Notes under the pieces: generated by a model | What the model saw: the letters and a program-made list of their open reading frames with translations, nothing else | Told to the model about the DNA's origin: nothing | Database searches by the model: none | In this document: in pieces, positions 9,421-19,526 of the stretch | Layout of the letters: every line of letters starts with the position of its first letter | Position numbering within the stretch: the first letter of the stretch is position 1 | Position numbers and translations under genes: made by a program | Source of the DNA: Cyanophyceae cyanobacterium | GTDB taxonomy: Bacteria > Cyanobacteriota > Cyanobacteriia > Cyanobacteriales > JBHJGN01 | DNA: 40,235 nt | Assembly: GCA_050331735.1 (NCBI GenBank) | Contig: JBHJGN010000032.1 | Span: forward strand, 1-40,235 | Direction: 5' to 3'

Positions 9421-9534
9421 GTTGGTGATTAATTGTTGTTTCCTGTCTTCTCTACGGTACAATCTCAGGCTCTTGTCAAAGAGCTAAACAATCAAGAGAC
9501 TCAATGTGCTTTGGAACGGCATAGAGGGATTAGC

Positions 9535-10335
9535 TCATTTTTTTAGCACATGGGACAATCTTTCTAGTTTCTTGGCAAGAGCATACTTAAAGTAAACGAG
9601 CTGGCTAAGCTGACGAACATAGAGGGGCTGACTGAGAGAATAACCATGATTTTCTAGCCAGTTCCCGGCCAAAGATTCTAGATAGCCAATTTGAATTGGG
9701 GTTAATGTCGTCTTCCACTGTTGCGATTTGCCGCTGTTGATGTGCCTGGAAAGCAGTAGCGTTTTGGGGTCGTAGGGATTAGCTGTCTGCTCTGCTTTGG
9801 CGTTCCATTTCTGAATCCGATGGAGTTGATTTTGTTTGCTATGAGCGTTAGCAATTTCCTGAGTTTTTTCAGGCGATAGCTCAATATTGAGATGAGCGGC
9901 AATCCTCTCAACTTCTTCAGGAATATTTTGGCTCATTTCTTCATACTGAGAAATTAACAGACCTGGAAGACTTGTCCAAGCATAGTAGTTATCCAAACAC
10001 TCAGGGATTTCCCTAGTTTTAAAAACAATATTGTCAAATTTGGTTTTTCTCATACTCATCAGGGAAACAGTAACATCTCGAATATCTCGAAAAGTATAGA
10101 TTCCAACTGCCTTTCCTGATTCCAAAGCTGACCTTGCTCCTTTAAGATGCTTAATATGATGTAACTTACACACCTTAATAGAGTCATCAGAATAAGCTCT
10201 TTCTAATTCTGCAAAATTACTCCAGCGAATTTCTCCGATCCCTCGTCCCTTTCCAGATTCTTCTGAAATAGAAGCTGCTAGTTGGTACTGCAAAGTAGAA
10301 CCAGAACGCATCATTCCACAACAAAATACAAACAT
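9535..10335 (-). CDS. Sulfotransferase family protein
   Basis: 5'-PSB loop GMMRSGST, 3'-PB motif RDIRDVTVS, C-terminal HINSGKSQQWK. Confidence 0.85.
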   Translation of the reverse strand: MFVFCCGMMRSGSTLQYQLAASISEESGKGRGIGEIRWSNFAELERAYSDDSIKVCKLHHIKHLKGARSALESGKAVGIYTFRDIRDVTVSLMSMRKTKFDNIVFKTREIPECLDNYYAWTSLPGLLISQYEEMSQNIPEEVERIAAHLNIELSPEKTQEIANAHSKQNQLHRIQKWNAKAEQTANPYDPKTLLLSRHINSGKSQQWKTTLTPIQIGYLESLAGNWLENHGYSLSQPLYVRQLSQLVYFKYALAKKLERLSHVLKK

Positions 10336-10637
10336 AACCGCTCCTTCAGCGACGATTTAATATTCATTTTAATCTCCACAAGCTGGCGGCGCACTGAATC
10401 TATGAAGAGACAGATAAACTAGAGCTAGGAAATCTGTTACAGAGATATTGTTCGTGTGGTCTTCTCACAATCGAAACAACTCAAGCATCAAAGCAAACAC
10501 ACGCAGCTCAAATAGAGGTTTTCTGCCCACTCTATCTGTGCCTGACTTGTCCCTGTCTTTTCAATGAGGGGACTGACAGCTCGTAAAGCAAAAAAAACGC
10601 AAAGCTGGCAAAAACTATTGCTAGACGTAATAATTAG

Positions 10638-11459
10638 ATGCTAGATCTATTTAAGAATGTGGATGTGATTATGGACAGTGGAATTATATACGTAGCAACG
10701 GGGAAAAAGTACTGTGCAGAAGCCAATATTTCAGCAGAGTCTGTACGTAGTGTTATGCCAGATATTCCCATTACCATTTTTACAGATAATCGGGATGAAA
10801 TAAAGAGCAATTTTTTTGGTGCGATTGAAATCATTGAGGAACCAAGCTTTTCCTTCTTCGATAAGATCAAACCTCTTGCTCAGTCTCCTTACAGAAAAAC
10901 CCTTTTTCTAGATACCGATACCTTTGTTTTGGAGCCTGTCTATGAACTTTTTCAGGTTCTAGATCGATTCGAGCTGACCTACTGTCAGGCTCCGGGAAGA
11001 GGGTTTGATAATCCTAAACTACTAGCAGAATGTCCTTTGGCTTTTGTAGAACCTAATACTGGGGTAATGTCATACCTGAACAACAGTAGAATCAACAAAT
11101 TGTTTTATGAATGGTTTGATTACTATAGAACATTACTGGCAGAAGTCCCTAGAAAGATCACACACGATCAGCCAGCACTGCGGAAGGTACTATACGACTC
11201 TAATATTCGAGCATTAGTATTACCTCCAGAGTACAACTTTAGAACAGTTTATCCAGCGTTTAAGGGCAAAATGCCTGTTAAGATTCTTCATGGCAGAGAA
11301 CCAACTTTAAGCAGAGCGACAAAAATACTGAAACGACAAACAAAACCAGGAATAGCAGTCTATGATTTTCGCGATCCCAAATGGGTTAAAGCCTGGAGAG
11401 CAAACATAGCAAGAAATCAAAAGAGGATCGAGAGATTAATGCAGAAGATTTTTGCTTAA
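10638..11459 (+). CDS. GT-A fold nucleotide-diphospho-sugar transferase-like protein
   Basis: GIIYVATG, LFLDTDT (DxD), NTGV, HDQPALR, LPPEYN, ILHGR. Start may be ATG 10671. Confidence 0.8.
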   Translation: MLDLFKNVDVIMDSGIIYVATGKKYCAEANISAESVRSVMPDIPITIFTDNRDEIKSNFFGAIEIIEEPSFSFFDKIKPLAQSPYRKTLFLDTDTFVLEPVYELFQVLDRFELTYCQAPGRGFDNPKLLAECPLAFVEPNTGVMSYLNNSRINKLFYEWFDYYRTLLAEVPRKITHDQPALRKVLYDSNIRALVLPPEYNFRTVYPAFKGKMPVKILHGREPTLSRATKILKRQTKPGIAVYDFRDPKWVKAWRANIARNQKRIERLMQKIFA

Positions 11460-11576
11460 CTCAGTGAGCTCCTCGAGGATTTATAAAATAGCTTGGCTAA
11501 TAGGAGACTGTTAACCTAGAGGGGAAATCATCTTTTCAACTCATTTGTAAAGCTGGGCATAAACTCGCCGAGAACT

Positions 11577-12653
11577 CTATAGCGGTAGACCACTGCGCCA
11601 TCGCTTCATCAACAAAGGTAAACGAATTATAAATAGTTTGACTAGCAAGGTTATGCTTTTCAAGCTCTTGGCATTTTTTAATAAATATAGAAAAGCCGAT
11701 GGACTCAGCCACAGCCCCTTTTGCTTTAAGAGGTGCTGAGTTAGCTCGATGTCGCTGAGAGTAAGTCCTAGCTGAGCAGTCAATTTTAAATTAGAGGGCA
11801 GACTATTTGGACAAAAATTTTCCTGATATCTAGCGTTAACCCATGCTTGCTCTTTTCCTTTATACGTTTTTGATTGAGCGTGACCAAAGCCAATATTGTA
11901 GACGAAGGAAGTTGTTGGAATTAGATGTACCTTTTGGTGCTTTAAAGCGGCGAGGGTAAACGTGATTACCCAATCTGTTTGTTGATTTTTTTCTAGCCAA
12001 AATTGATTAACTATTGTCATTTTTGTCTGGGCTGTAGCAGGAATTTTATAGAAATGATGAAAAGGATTATATTGCCCCGAACGATGAGCTAGAGCAATTT
12101 CCTGCCACCGATCTGACCACGTGCCAAACCCCCAACAAAAAACGCGGTTGGAGACAATGAAATCTGTATCAAGCTGCGGCTCTAGTTCTGCTGGTAAGCC
12201 AGCATAGGCACTGACTGAACAGACCTGTGGATACTCCCGATAAGCCTGCAAAAGGCGGCACATGCGGTCGTAAAAATAAGGATTAGGAATCGTATCATCT
12301 TCTAAATAAACGAGAGCATCACAAAAAGATAGAACCTCCGTTAACCCTAAAATAACGTTTTGGTCACATCCTAAGTTACTAGTTCTGGCGACAATTTCGA
12401 TGGGGACCAATGAAAACTCTTTGAGTAAAGCAACACACCGTTGAATGAGAGGCAAATCCTCACTTTTTCTAGGACCATCAACAAAAGCAACAATCTTGGG
12501 GGGCAATAGCGATTGTTGACTGATCGCTTTGAGCACTGCCTGGAGTAAATCGGGACGAGTAAAAGCAATTAGAACAAGTGGTGGTAATTCAGCAGGTAAA
12601 ACAACGTTTTCAAGAGAAGTAGGCAATTCGACCGCACTATTCATCTTTGACAA
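11577..12653 (-). CDS. GT2-like glycosyltransferase
   Basis: LIAFTRP, FVDGP, NLGC, YLEDD (ExD/DD), CWGFGTWSDRW, NIGFG. Confidence 0.82.
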   Translation of the reverse strand: MSKMNSAVELPTSLENVVLPAELPPLVLIAFTRPDLLQAVLKAISQQSLLPPKIVAFVDGPRKSEDLPLIQRCVALLKEFSLVPIEIVARTSNLGCDQNVILGLTEVLSFCDALVYLEDDTIPNPYFYDRMCRLLQAYREYPQVCSVSAYAGLPAELEPQLDTDFIVSNRVFCWGFGTWSDRWQEIALAHRSGQYNPFHHFYKIPATAQTKMTIVNQFWLEKNQQTDWVITFTLAALKHQKVHLIPTTSFVYNIGFGHAQSKTYKGKEQAWVNARYQENFCPNSLPSNLKLTAQLGLTLSDIELTQHLLKQKGLWLSPSAFLYLLKNAKSLKSITLLVKLFIIRLPLLMKRWRSGLPL

Positions 12654-12854
12654 TTTTCCTCACATACCTATAGTTTTGCTCATCCACGATCATTTTTTCC
12701 GTAGAAGTTTCTAACTCTGTATAGCCTATAGATAGATGCCGCCGCCACCTTAGAGGCTCTTCGATACTACTAGAAAACTAGATCAGCGCATTCCGGTTGC
12801 CGTTCCCGGTTGTCAAGCGTCTCTCGTCCATCTCAGTCGCGAAACGGATGCGGT

Positions 12855-12880
12855 AATATCTGAATAATACGGCAGACATC
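12855..12880 (+). promoter_or_regulatory. Putative SmtB/ZiaR-type (ArsR family) 12-2-12 metal-responsive operator
   Basis: AATATCTGAATA-AT-ACGGCAGACATC, an imperfect inverted repeat (ATnTCTG...CAGAnAT) ending 26 nt before the ATPase ATG. The right half is degenerate. Confidence 0.5.
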
Positions 12881-12906
12881 CATTGAAAATTTTAATAGGA
12901 GTTGCT

Positions 12907-14874
12907 ATGGCAGAATCCCACAACCGCGCAGACTGCTGCAGCGTTGGGCAGTCAATGCCCGCTGCTCCTAGTGAAGCCCAGCCCAATCGGGGCGGCTGCT
13001 GTGGTCACGACCAGCGGTCGCTGAGAGCCATTGTGATCGCGACGCCTTTGCTCCTCATCGGACTGATATTCCACGACGCGCTGCACAGTACCCCCGTGGC
13101 TATTGCGGAATACGCCGTCTTAATTCCAGCCTATCTACTGTGCGGTTGGGGAGTCCTGACCACCGCCGGACGCAACATTCTGCGGGGACGCCTCTTTGAC
13201 GAGAACTTTCTGATGACCATTGCCACCCTTGGGGCGATCGCCATCCACGAACTGCCAGAAGCTGTGGGCGTCATGCTGTTTTTTCAGGCGGGGGAACTGG
13301 TCCAAGGAGTGGCCGTCGGGCGATCACGCCGTTCGATCCAAGCACTGCTGGAGGTGCGCCCAGACACGGCCAATCTTGTCAACGGGGAGGTCAAAACCGT
13401 TGCACCAGAAACCGTAGCAGTCGGTGAGGTAATTCTGGTGCGTCCCGGCGAGAAGGTTCCTCTCGATGGTGAGATTATCGAGGGCAGTTCCCAGGTAGAA
13501 ACTTCAGCCCTCACTGGGGAATCAGTGCCTCGTGCAGTCGCCAGAGGAGATTCTGTGTTAGCAGGCATGGTTAATCAATCTGGAGCCTTAACCGTTCGCG
13601 TCACGAAGCCTTTTAACGAATCATCTATTGCCCGCATTCTAGAGCTAGTCGAACACGCAAGCAGCCGAAAAGCCGAAACTGAAAAGTTCATCACCCGCTT
13701 TGCCCGCGCCTATACCCCCGTCGTCGTGTTCCTTTCCCTGGCGGTGGCCCTGCTGCCCCCCCTGCTGCTCCCCGACGCTACCGCTGCTACCTGGACCTAC
13801 CGGGCGCTGGTGCTGCTGGTGATTTCCTGCCCCTGCGGACTCGTGATCAGCATTCCCCTCAGCTACTTCGGCGGAATTGGGGGGGCCGCGAAGCAAGGCA
13901 TGCTGGTTAAAGGCTCTACCTTTTTGGATGCCTTGACTCAGGTAAAGACAGTCGTATTCGATAAAACTGGCACCCTTACCAAGGGAACTCTCCAGGTGAC
14001 AGACGTGATTGCCCACAATGGTCTTAGCCAGCGCCAACTGCTGGAGCTAGCTGCCCAGGTGGAGTCTCGGTCGAATCACCCCGTCGCCCAGTCCATTCAA
14101 CGGGCTTGCGGAAATCTGCTTGACACCTCCAGAGTACAAGATTATGAAGAAATCGCGGGACACGGAATTCGAGCGAGCGTTGATGGACGCATCGTGCTAG
14201 CTGGAAACGATCGCCTGCTGCACCGAGAAGCGATTCCCCACGATGTTTGTGTCGTAGACGGGATGGTGGCTCACCTCGCCGTTGACGGTGAGTACAGCGG
14301 ACGCATTCTCATTGCCGATGAGCTGAAGCCCGATGCTGCCGCCGCAATTCAGGCACTGCACCAAGAGCAGATTCAAACCGTTATGCTCACTGGAGACAGC
14401 CAGCCCGTCGCCGAGGCGATCGCTCGTCAGCTAGGAATAGACCGTTACCAGGCAGAACTGCTGCCAGAAGATAAGGTCGCTGCCCTAGAGTCACTCATGA
14501 CGATAGACCCAAACTACAAAGTCGCCTTTGCCGGCGACGGTATCAACGATGCCCCAGTGATTGCCCGCGCCGATGTCGGCATCGCGATGGGGGGACTCGG
14601 TTCTGATGCAGCGATCGAAACCGCGGATGTGGTGATTATGACCGATGCTCCCTCCAAGGTTGCCCAAGCCATAGCGATCGCTCGCCGCACTCTCCGCATT
14701 GTTTGGCAAAATATCATCATTGCCCTAGCGGTGAAGGGGGGATTTATTTTTCTGGGGGCGTTTGGAGTCGCCACCCTTTGGGAAGCCGTCTTTGCCGATG
14801 TCGGTGTGGCGCTGCTGGCGATTCTCAATGCTAGTCGGGTACTGCGAATGCAGGAGCACCACAGCAGAAGTTAG
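12907..14874 (+). CDS. cadA: Zn/Cd-exporting P1B-type ATPase (CadA/ZiaA-like)
   Basis: LTGES, ISCPCGL, FDKTGTLT, SNHP, MLTGD, GDGINDAP, EAVFADVG. Short Cys/His N-terminus (DCCS...GGCCGH). Start placed at ATG 12907. Confidence 0.93.
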   Translation: MAESHNRADCCSVGQSMPAAPSEAQPNRGGCCGHDQRSLRAIVIATPLLLIGLIFHDALHSTPVAIAEYAVLIPAYLLCGWGVLTTAGRNILRGRLFDENFLMTIATLGAIAIHELPEAVGVMLFFQAGELVQGVAVGRSRRSIQALLEVRPDTANLVNGEVKTVAPETVAVGEVILVRPGEKVPLDGEIIEGSSQVETSALTGESVPRAVARGDSVLAGMVNQSGALTVRVTKPFNESSIARILELVEHASSRKAETEKFITRFARAYTPVVVFLSLAVALLPPLLLPDATAATWTYRALVLLVISCPCGLVISIPLSYFGGIGGAAKQGMLVKGSTFLDALTQVKTVVFDKTGTLTKGTLQVTDVIAHNGLSQRQLLELAAQVESRSNHPVAQSIQRACGNLLDTSRVQDYEEIAGHGIRASVDGRIVLAGNDRLLHREAIPHDVCVVDGMVAHLAVDGEYSGRILIADELKPDAAAAIQALHQEQIQTVMLTGDSQPVAEAIARQLGIDRYQAELLPEDKVAALESLMTIDPNYKVAFAGDGINDAPVIARADVGIAMGGLGSDAAIETADVVIMTDAPSKVAQAIAIARRTLRIVWQNIIIALAVKGGFIFLGAFGVATLWEAVFADVGVALLAILNASRVLRMQEHHSRS

Positions 14875-15110
14875 CACTTAGAAGCAACACTCCATCTTAA
14901 ACTAGTCTTTTAGTGCTCTCCCTAAAGTCCTTTGACGCTGCTACTCACAATTGAGCAGAGCGTCAACATCTGCCTCTACACTCTTCTCCAGATTGCGCGT
15001 AATTTTCTTAATGCCCTAATTCCACCAGGCTCCAGTGCGGAAACCCCTTCACAGGATGCTTATCTTTCGGGTCTGCTCCGGACAATATCGCTTGCGCCCA
15101 GCTTCTCATA

Positions 15111-17183
15111 CTATCCCTGCATCCGTCCAGCCTGCCTGATTCTGCGGCGAGCCTGAATCTGCGATCGCAACAGCTTCACCCGATACGGATCGGCCTCTTT
15201 GCACCACCGTAGCTGGTGTCCCTGGAGTTGAGCGCAGTGGGCAGCTAAGCACCGCAGCCAGCCTTGACGATGACTAATAGCGTTGAGATCGTCGAGTAAT
15301 CCCCAATCCTGTTCCTGACGAGTCAGTTTAGCAAAGCGCTCATAGTGAGGATAGTTCTGTGTCACGAGCGCGTCTTTCTGGTGAAGAATCGGGGGATTGT
15401 TAGGGTCGTAGTCCCGATAATGCACCTGTAGATTGTGTAAATTAACATCCATACTGGTTTGCAGGACTGGATGCGGATCGCTATCAAAGTTGGGATAAAA
15501 CAGATAGGAAATTCTCGGCTGACGAAGGTGAAATTTAACGACGTTAGCCTCTTCTAATCGTCCAATGGTCCGACTCGCACAGCCTTCATAGAGGCGCAGG
15601 AGGGGATCGAGAACAGGCAGCGCACTGATATGAACCGTCAAAGAATAGCGACCCCGCTTGCCGATAGAAGCGTGGGCAACCTCAGCAACGTTGTCGAGAT
15701 CGCCCACACTAAACAGCATCATATCGGCCAAGAGGCAGGCTTGTCGGTAGTTGCCCAACAAGGCTTTCAAATCTTCTCGCAGAACAGGAGGCAGACTTCT
15801 TGGTTTGGGTCGTCCGCTGAACTTGCCGAGGGCTAGATACAGCTTCAACTCCTGACGGCGCAGTTCGGCGATCGCCTCCCACTCTGATTCATTTGTTGCC
15901 TGAAGAATCACTTTGAAGGCGCGCCGGAGAGTGCCAAATTCTGCTCGAATCTCCGCCTCCTCGGGCAGCTCTCCTGTCGTTGGTAAACGACCGCGCTGAG
16001 TCATAAACGCCATCAGGGGAGCCAGCAGCTCTTGGTAGTCCTCGAAGCGCTTTACTGGAGTACGGATGGTGGGAGTTGTAGTGCGCGAACGAAAGCGAGA
16101 AGCTCGGAAAGTTTGAGCCTGTAACTCGTCCCGGAAAACAAAGTACACGCCTAGCCCAACGGGAACGGCATCGACGTTGAGTACCTGGTCGATGTAGGTT
16201 TTTAGTTCCTCCTGCTCGTAATATTTTTGAAACGTATTGCGACCGGTAATGATGCCGTCGCCGTAAGCGACTAAACCCCGATGGCGATCATCAATTAGCA
16301 CCTGCGCCGCCACAATAAGAACACGACTAGTTAGTTTCCAGGCTCTGACTAGTGCTTCGCGCCGCTCGACCGGATCTTCAATGACGTTGATAATGTAGCC
16401 CAAATTAACAATATCCGCCGCTGTGCAGGGAGAGTGAGGACGGTAGTAGGGATCCCAGCCAGAACTAGGGTATCCTTGCTCAGCCACGCGCTCCACGTCG
16501 CCACCGTAGCCACACCCATAATCAAAAAATCGTGTATCTGGAGTCAATAATTCTGCCTCCAGCGCCAAGCGGACAGGGCGGGAGAGGGCTTTACGCACAA
16601 TTGCCGCTTTGTGACGATCGATGCGAACGGGTTGATGAGCTCGCCCAAGAGGACACACCAGCCGATGACCGACAAAGGTGAGCTCATAATCGGCTAGAAG
16701 TTGGTTCCACTCCTGGCTAGTGCCGATCTGTCGAGAGTTATCTAAAAGCCCTAGGGCGGCTTCAACACGGGTCAGTTGGGCAAACTCTTCGTAGTGAGGA
16801 TAAGTTGGGGCGACGAAGGTTTCTTTACGATGCAGGATGGGTGAATTATCGGAACCGCTATAGTCTCGGTAGCTGACTGATCTAGCCTCCAGATAGACAA
16901 TGACGCTCGCCTGAAGTTCGGGATGAGGTTCGGTATCAAAATCAGGGTAGAAAAGATAGGAAACTTTAGGCTGTTCGGTGCTAAATTTAACGAGTGTTGC
17001 CGCTCCTAATTGCTTGATATCTTGCTGAGCAATGTTTCTCGCCTGACGTTCGTACTGTTGCAGCAGCGGAGCGAGAGCCGATAGAGCACTAGAATGAACA
17101 TAAAGAGCGCTCGGCAACCGCTTCCCGACAGGACTATTGTGGCAACTAATCGCGACTGCCCTAAACTGATGGAACTCGAGCAT
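15111..17183 (-). CDS. 'DNA phosphorothioation-associated' putative SAM-dependent methyltransferase
   Basis: Central HKAAIVRKALSRP, FFDYGCGYGGD, GWDPYY, VNLGYIINVIED, TFQKYYEQEEL. Flanked on both sides by a KxSYLFYPxFDxxPHP...PILH domain typical of this family. Confidence 0.85.
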   Translation of the reverse strand: MLEFHQFRAVAISCHNSPVGKRLPSALYVHSSALSALAPLLQQYERQARNIAQQDIKQLGAATLVKFSTEQPKVSYLFYPDFDTEPHPELQASVIVYLEARSVSYRDYSGSDNSPILHRKETFVAPTYPHYEEFAQLTRVEAALGLLDNSRQIGTSQEWNQLLADYELTFVGHRLVCPLGRAHQPVRIDRHKAAIVRKALSRPVRLALEAELLTPDTRFFDYGCGYGGDVERVAEQGYPSSGWDPYYRPHSPCTAADIVNLGYIINVIEDPVERREALVRAWKLTSRVLIVAAQVLIDDRHRGLVAYGDGIITGRNTFQKYYEQEELKTYIDQVLNVDAVPVGLGVYFVFRDELQAQTFRASRFRSRTTTPTIRTPVKRFEDYQELLAPLMAFMTQRGRLPTTGELPEEAEIRAEFGTLRRAFKVILQATNESEWEAIAELRRQELKLYLALGKFSGRPKPRSLPPVLREDLKALLGNYRQACLLADMMLFSVGDLDNVAEVAHASIGKRGRYSLTVHISALPVLDPLLRLYEGCASRTIGRLEEANVVKFHLRQPRISYLFYPNFDSDPHPVLQTSMDVNLHNLQVHYRDYDPNNPPILHQKDALVTQNYPHYERFAKLTRQEQDWGLLDDLNAISHRQGWLRCLAAHCAQLQGHQLRWCKEADPYRVKLLRSQIQARRRIRQAGRMQG

Positions 17184-17284
17184 CAGCTTTAACCAGATTT
17201 ATTTTTGATAGTTATTGGTTGATGGTTCCCTGACTGCGGCTGGGTGTCCCGGACGAATACCATTTTTTAATGGTGAGGCTACAC

Positions 17285-17327
17285 GGGTAAAAGGTGCTGA
17301 CTCCTTTACCCTTTCCCCTTTTCCCCC
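17285..17327. repeat. Hairpin plus TTTCCCC heptamer-type repeats (STRR-like)
   Basis: GGGTAAAAGG-TGCTGACT-CCTTTACCC followed by TTTCCCC-TTTTCCCC. Confidence 0.6.
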
Positions 17328-17383
17328 ACTATGCATTTGTCGCTCCACTTGCCAGTATTGACATAACTTATGTGAACGGCTTT

Positions 17384-18178
17384 ATGAAACTTTATCATAT
17401 TGGTTTTGGGAAAGGAGACCTCGGTTCTAATCCTCCCGAGCTAGCGCTGCTGTCGGGGGAACCGGAGCGATCGCGCCTCATCGCTCAACGTCTCCAGAAT
17501 TGCCGTTTACTGTCGAACTATCGAGGGTTAGACAGCTATGTTGGCTATTTGCCCAATGGAAAGCCGATTTTAGCGGCAACGAGCGGGATTGGTGCGCCCT
17601 CTGTCAGTATTGTTGTTAACGAACTTGTCCAGGTGGGAATCACTCAGATGATTCGCCTGGGAACCTGTGGCTCGATTCAGCCTCATGTCGGCGTAGGCAG
17701 CCTAGTGATTAGCCGCGCTGCTCTTTGTCGGCAGGGAGCGGCTCACGATATTGCTCCTCCAGAATATCCTGCCGCTGCCGATCCGTTTCTGACGGTGGCT
17801 CTGGTGCAGGCAGCCCAAGAGTTACAGGTCAACTACCATGTGGGCATCACTGCTTCTGTGGATACTTTTTACGAAGGTCAAGAACGAACTCAGTCTGCAA
17901 ATCCAACTTTGCTGCGATCGCTTGTCGGCGTTACTCAAGAATACCGTAGCTTGAATATTCTCAACTACGAAATGGAGGCTGGAACCCTCTTTAAAATGGC
18001 TGGAGTCTACGGTTTTGCTGCTGCCTGTATTTGTGCGGTGGTGGCTCAGCGGACTGACCAAGAACAAATTGTCATCGAACAAAAGCATCAAGCAGTCGAG
18101 CAGGCCATTCGCGTTGCTTTGGCAGCAGTCAATCAGTCCTCGTTAACAGCAACAGCTCCTCAAGAGGATAGCGATTAG
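17384..18178 (+). CDS. udp: Nucleoside (uridine) phosphorylase
   Basis: YHIG, LSGEPER, SGIGAPS, IRLGTCG, DTFYEGQER, NYEMEA. Start placed at ATG 17384. Confidence 0.88.
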   Translation: MKLYHIGFGKGDLGSNPPELALLSGEPERSRLIAQRLQNCRLLSNYRGLDSYVGYLPNGKPILAATSGIGAPSVSIVVNELVQVGITQMIRLGTCGSIQPHVGVGSLVISRAALCRQGAAHDIAPPEYPAAADPFLTVALVQAAQELQVNYHVGITASVDTFYEGQERTQSANPTLLRSLVGVTQEYRSLNILNYEMEAGTLFKMAGVYGFAAACICAVVAQRTDQEQIVIEQKHQAVEQAIRVALAAVNQSSLTATAPQEDSD

Positions 18179-18223
18179 CTTAATAACAAACGCAGAAACT
18201 AGATTTTGAGCGCCAGAACGCCA

Positions 18224-18652
18224 TTAACAATCAGGAAACCAGTTTTCGTCGAGAATCTGTTCTAAACTGAGGTCCACTGGCTCTGGTAAGTCAAACAGTT
18301 GCTGGACCGATTTTTTACAGCCTGGCAGCACTTCTTGATAAATTTCATCTAGTCTTGCTTGTAAGCTGGGAGAGTCTTTCAGTCTTTTTTGAAGCAAAAT
18401 GCGAAAATTAACGATTTCTGAGCGCCAATGGGCTCGATTGATCTTCTCTGCCTCCCAATATTGCAACTTTAATAAGTGCTCAGTCAGACGCATCAATAGA
18501 CTTTCAACGGCGCGTTTTTGACTCCTCCCCATATCTTCTATTTCTTCAACAAGATTGTCCCAATCTATGCTTGAGTAATCTCTGTCTTTGAGTGCTTTCG
18601 CCATGGCTTGAGTCCATAGATAATAGTCGTATTCGTATTCCACTGGATTCAC
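18224..18652 (-). CDS. DUF29 family protein
   Basis: YEYDYYLW, IDWDNLVEEIEDMGRSQK, HLLKLQYW, SPSL. GTG start at 18652 preceded by GAGGA. Confidence 0.9.
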   Translation of the reverse strand: MNPVEYEYDYYLWTQAMAKALKDRDYSSIDWDNLVEEIEDMGRSQKRAVESLLMRLTEHLLKLQYWEAEKINRAHWRSEIVNFRILLQKRLKDSPSLQARLDEIYQEVLPGCKKSVQQLFDLPEPVDLSLEQILDENWFPDC

Positions 18653-18875
18653 CAAACAAGTCCTCGACTGCCAACAAATTCTCAATCTTGTTATTGATGC
18701 CAAGCAAACAACAAGCGATGGCTCTTTAAAGTGTCCCGATTGCGGTGGTCAGAGAACCATCAACAGAGCTGTTTGGCTCTCTTTACTTTCTATTATGAGG
18801 GTCTAGCAGTCACGCTGTTGTCAATTCATGACAACTTGCAGTTTACTAGAACTGCACCTCATCGCTGACTTGTTG

Positions 18876-19526
18876 ATGACTGAGACTGCCTTAGACCAGT
18901 TTTGGCAGCTAATTGGCGGCGCGATCGCTCTGCGCCCTCATGCCTTTGAGCAAATTCACTTCCTGCCCCTCAATACCCAAGTAGCTCTGCTGGTCGCGTT
19001 TTTGGCCGGGCTATCTCAGGGAATTGGTCAGGGCATTGTCCTGTTTGTTAACCGCGTCAAGCCCGTCCGCTTCGGGCTCAGTCTGGTGATTGGCGCGATT
19101 CTGTATGCGTTTAGCTACGTCTTTTGGGCGTTGAGTACTTGGCTAGTCATTCGTCTGTTTCAAACCACCACTCTCCTCGCGGTGGTCCGGACGCTCGGGC
19201 TAGCCTATGCTCCCCTGCTGCTCAGCTTTCTCGCCGCCATCCCTTACTTTGGAGTGCCGGTGTTGGTGGTGCTGTCGCTGTGGAGTTTGTTAGCCTTTGT
19301 GGTGGGGCTCAAGGCGATCGCCGGGTTGGGGCTCTGGTCGGGTTTTGTGTGTGCTGCTTTGGGATGGGCGGTGTTTCAGGTGCTCCAAAGAACGATTGGG
19401 CGACCGATTGCGAAGCTGGGCCAACAGCTCAAGAATATTGTGGCCGGAGTGGAGTTAGTCACCGATTTGAAGAAGATCGAGCAGATCGTTTATACGGCAC
19501 AGAAAAACCATGAAGAGAACCGTTAA
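18876..19526 (+). CDS. Yip1-like polytopic membrane protein
   Basis: About 5 hydrophobic helices, with GQGIVLFVNRVKP and LAYAP motifs. Overlaps the next gene by 17 bp. Confidence 0.75.
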   Translation: MTETALDQFWQLIGGAIALRPHAFEQIHFLPLNTQVALLVAFLAGLSQGIGQGIVLFVNRVKPVRFGLSLVIGAILYAFSYVFWALSTWLVIRLFQTTTLLAVVRTLGLAYAPLLLSFLAAIPYFGVPVLVVLSLWSLLAFVVGLKAIAGLGLWSGFVCAALGWAVFQVLQRTIGRPIAKLGQQLKNIVAGVELVTDLKKIEQIVYTAQKNHEENR

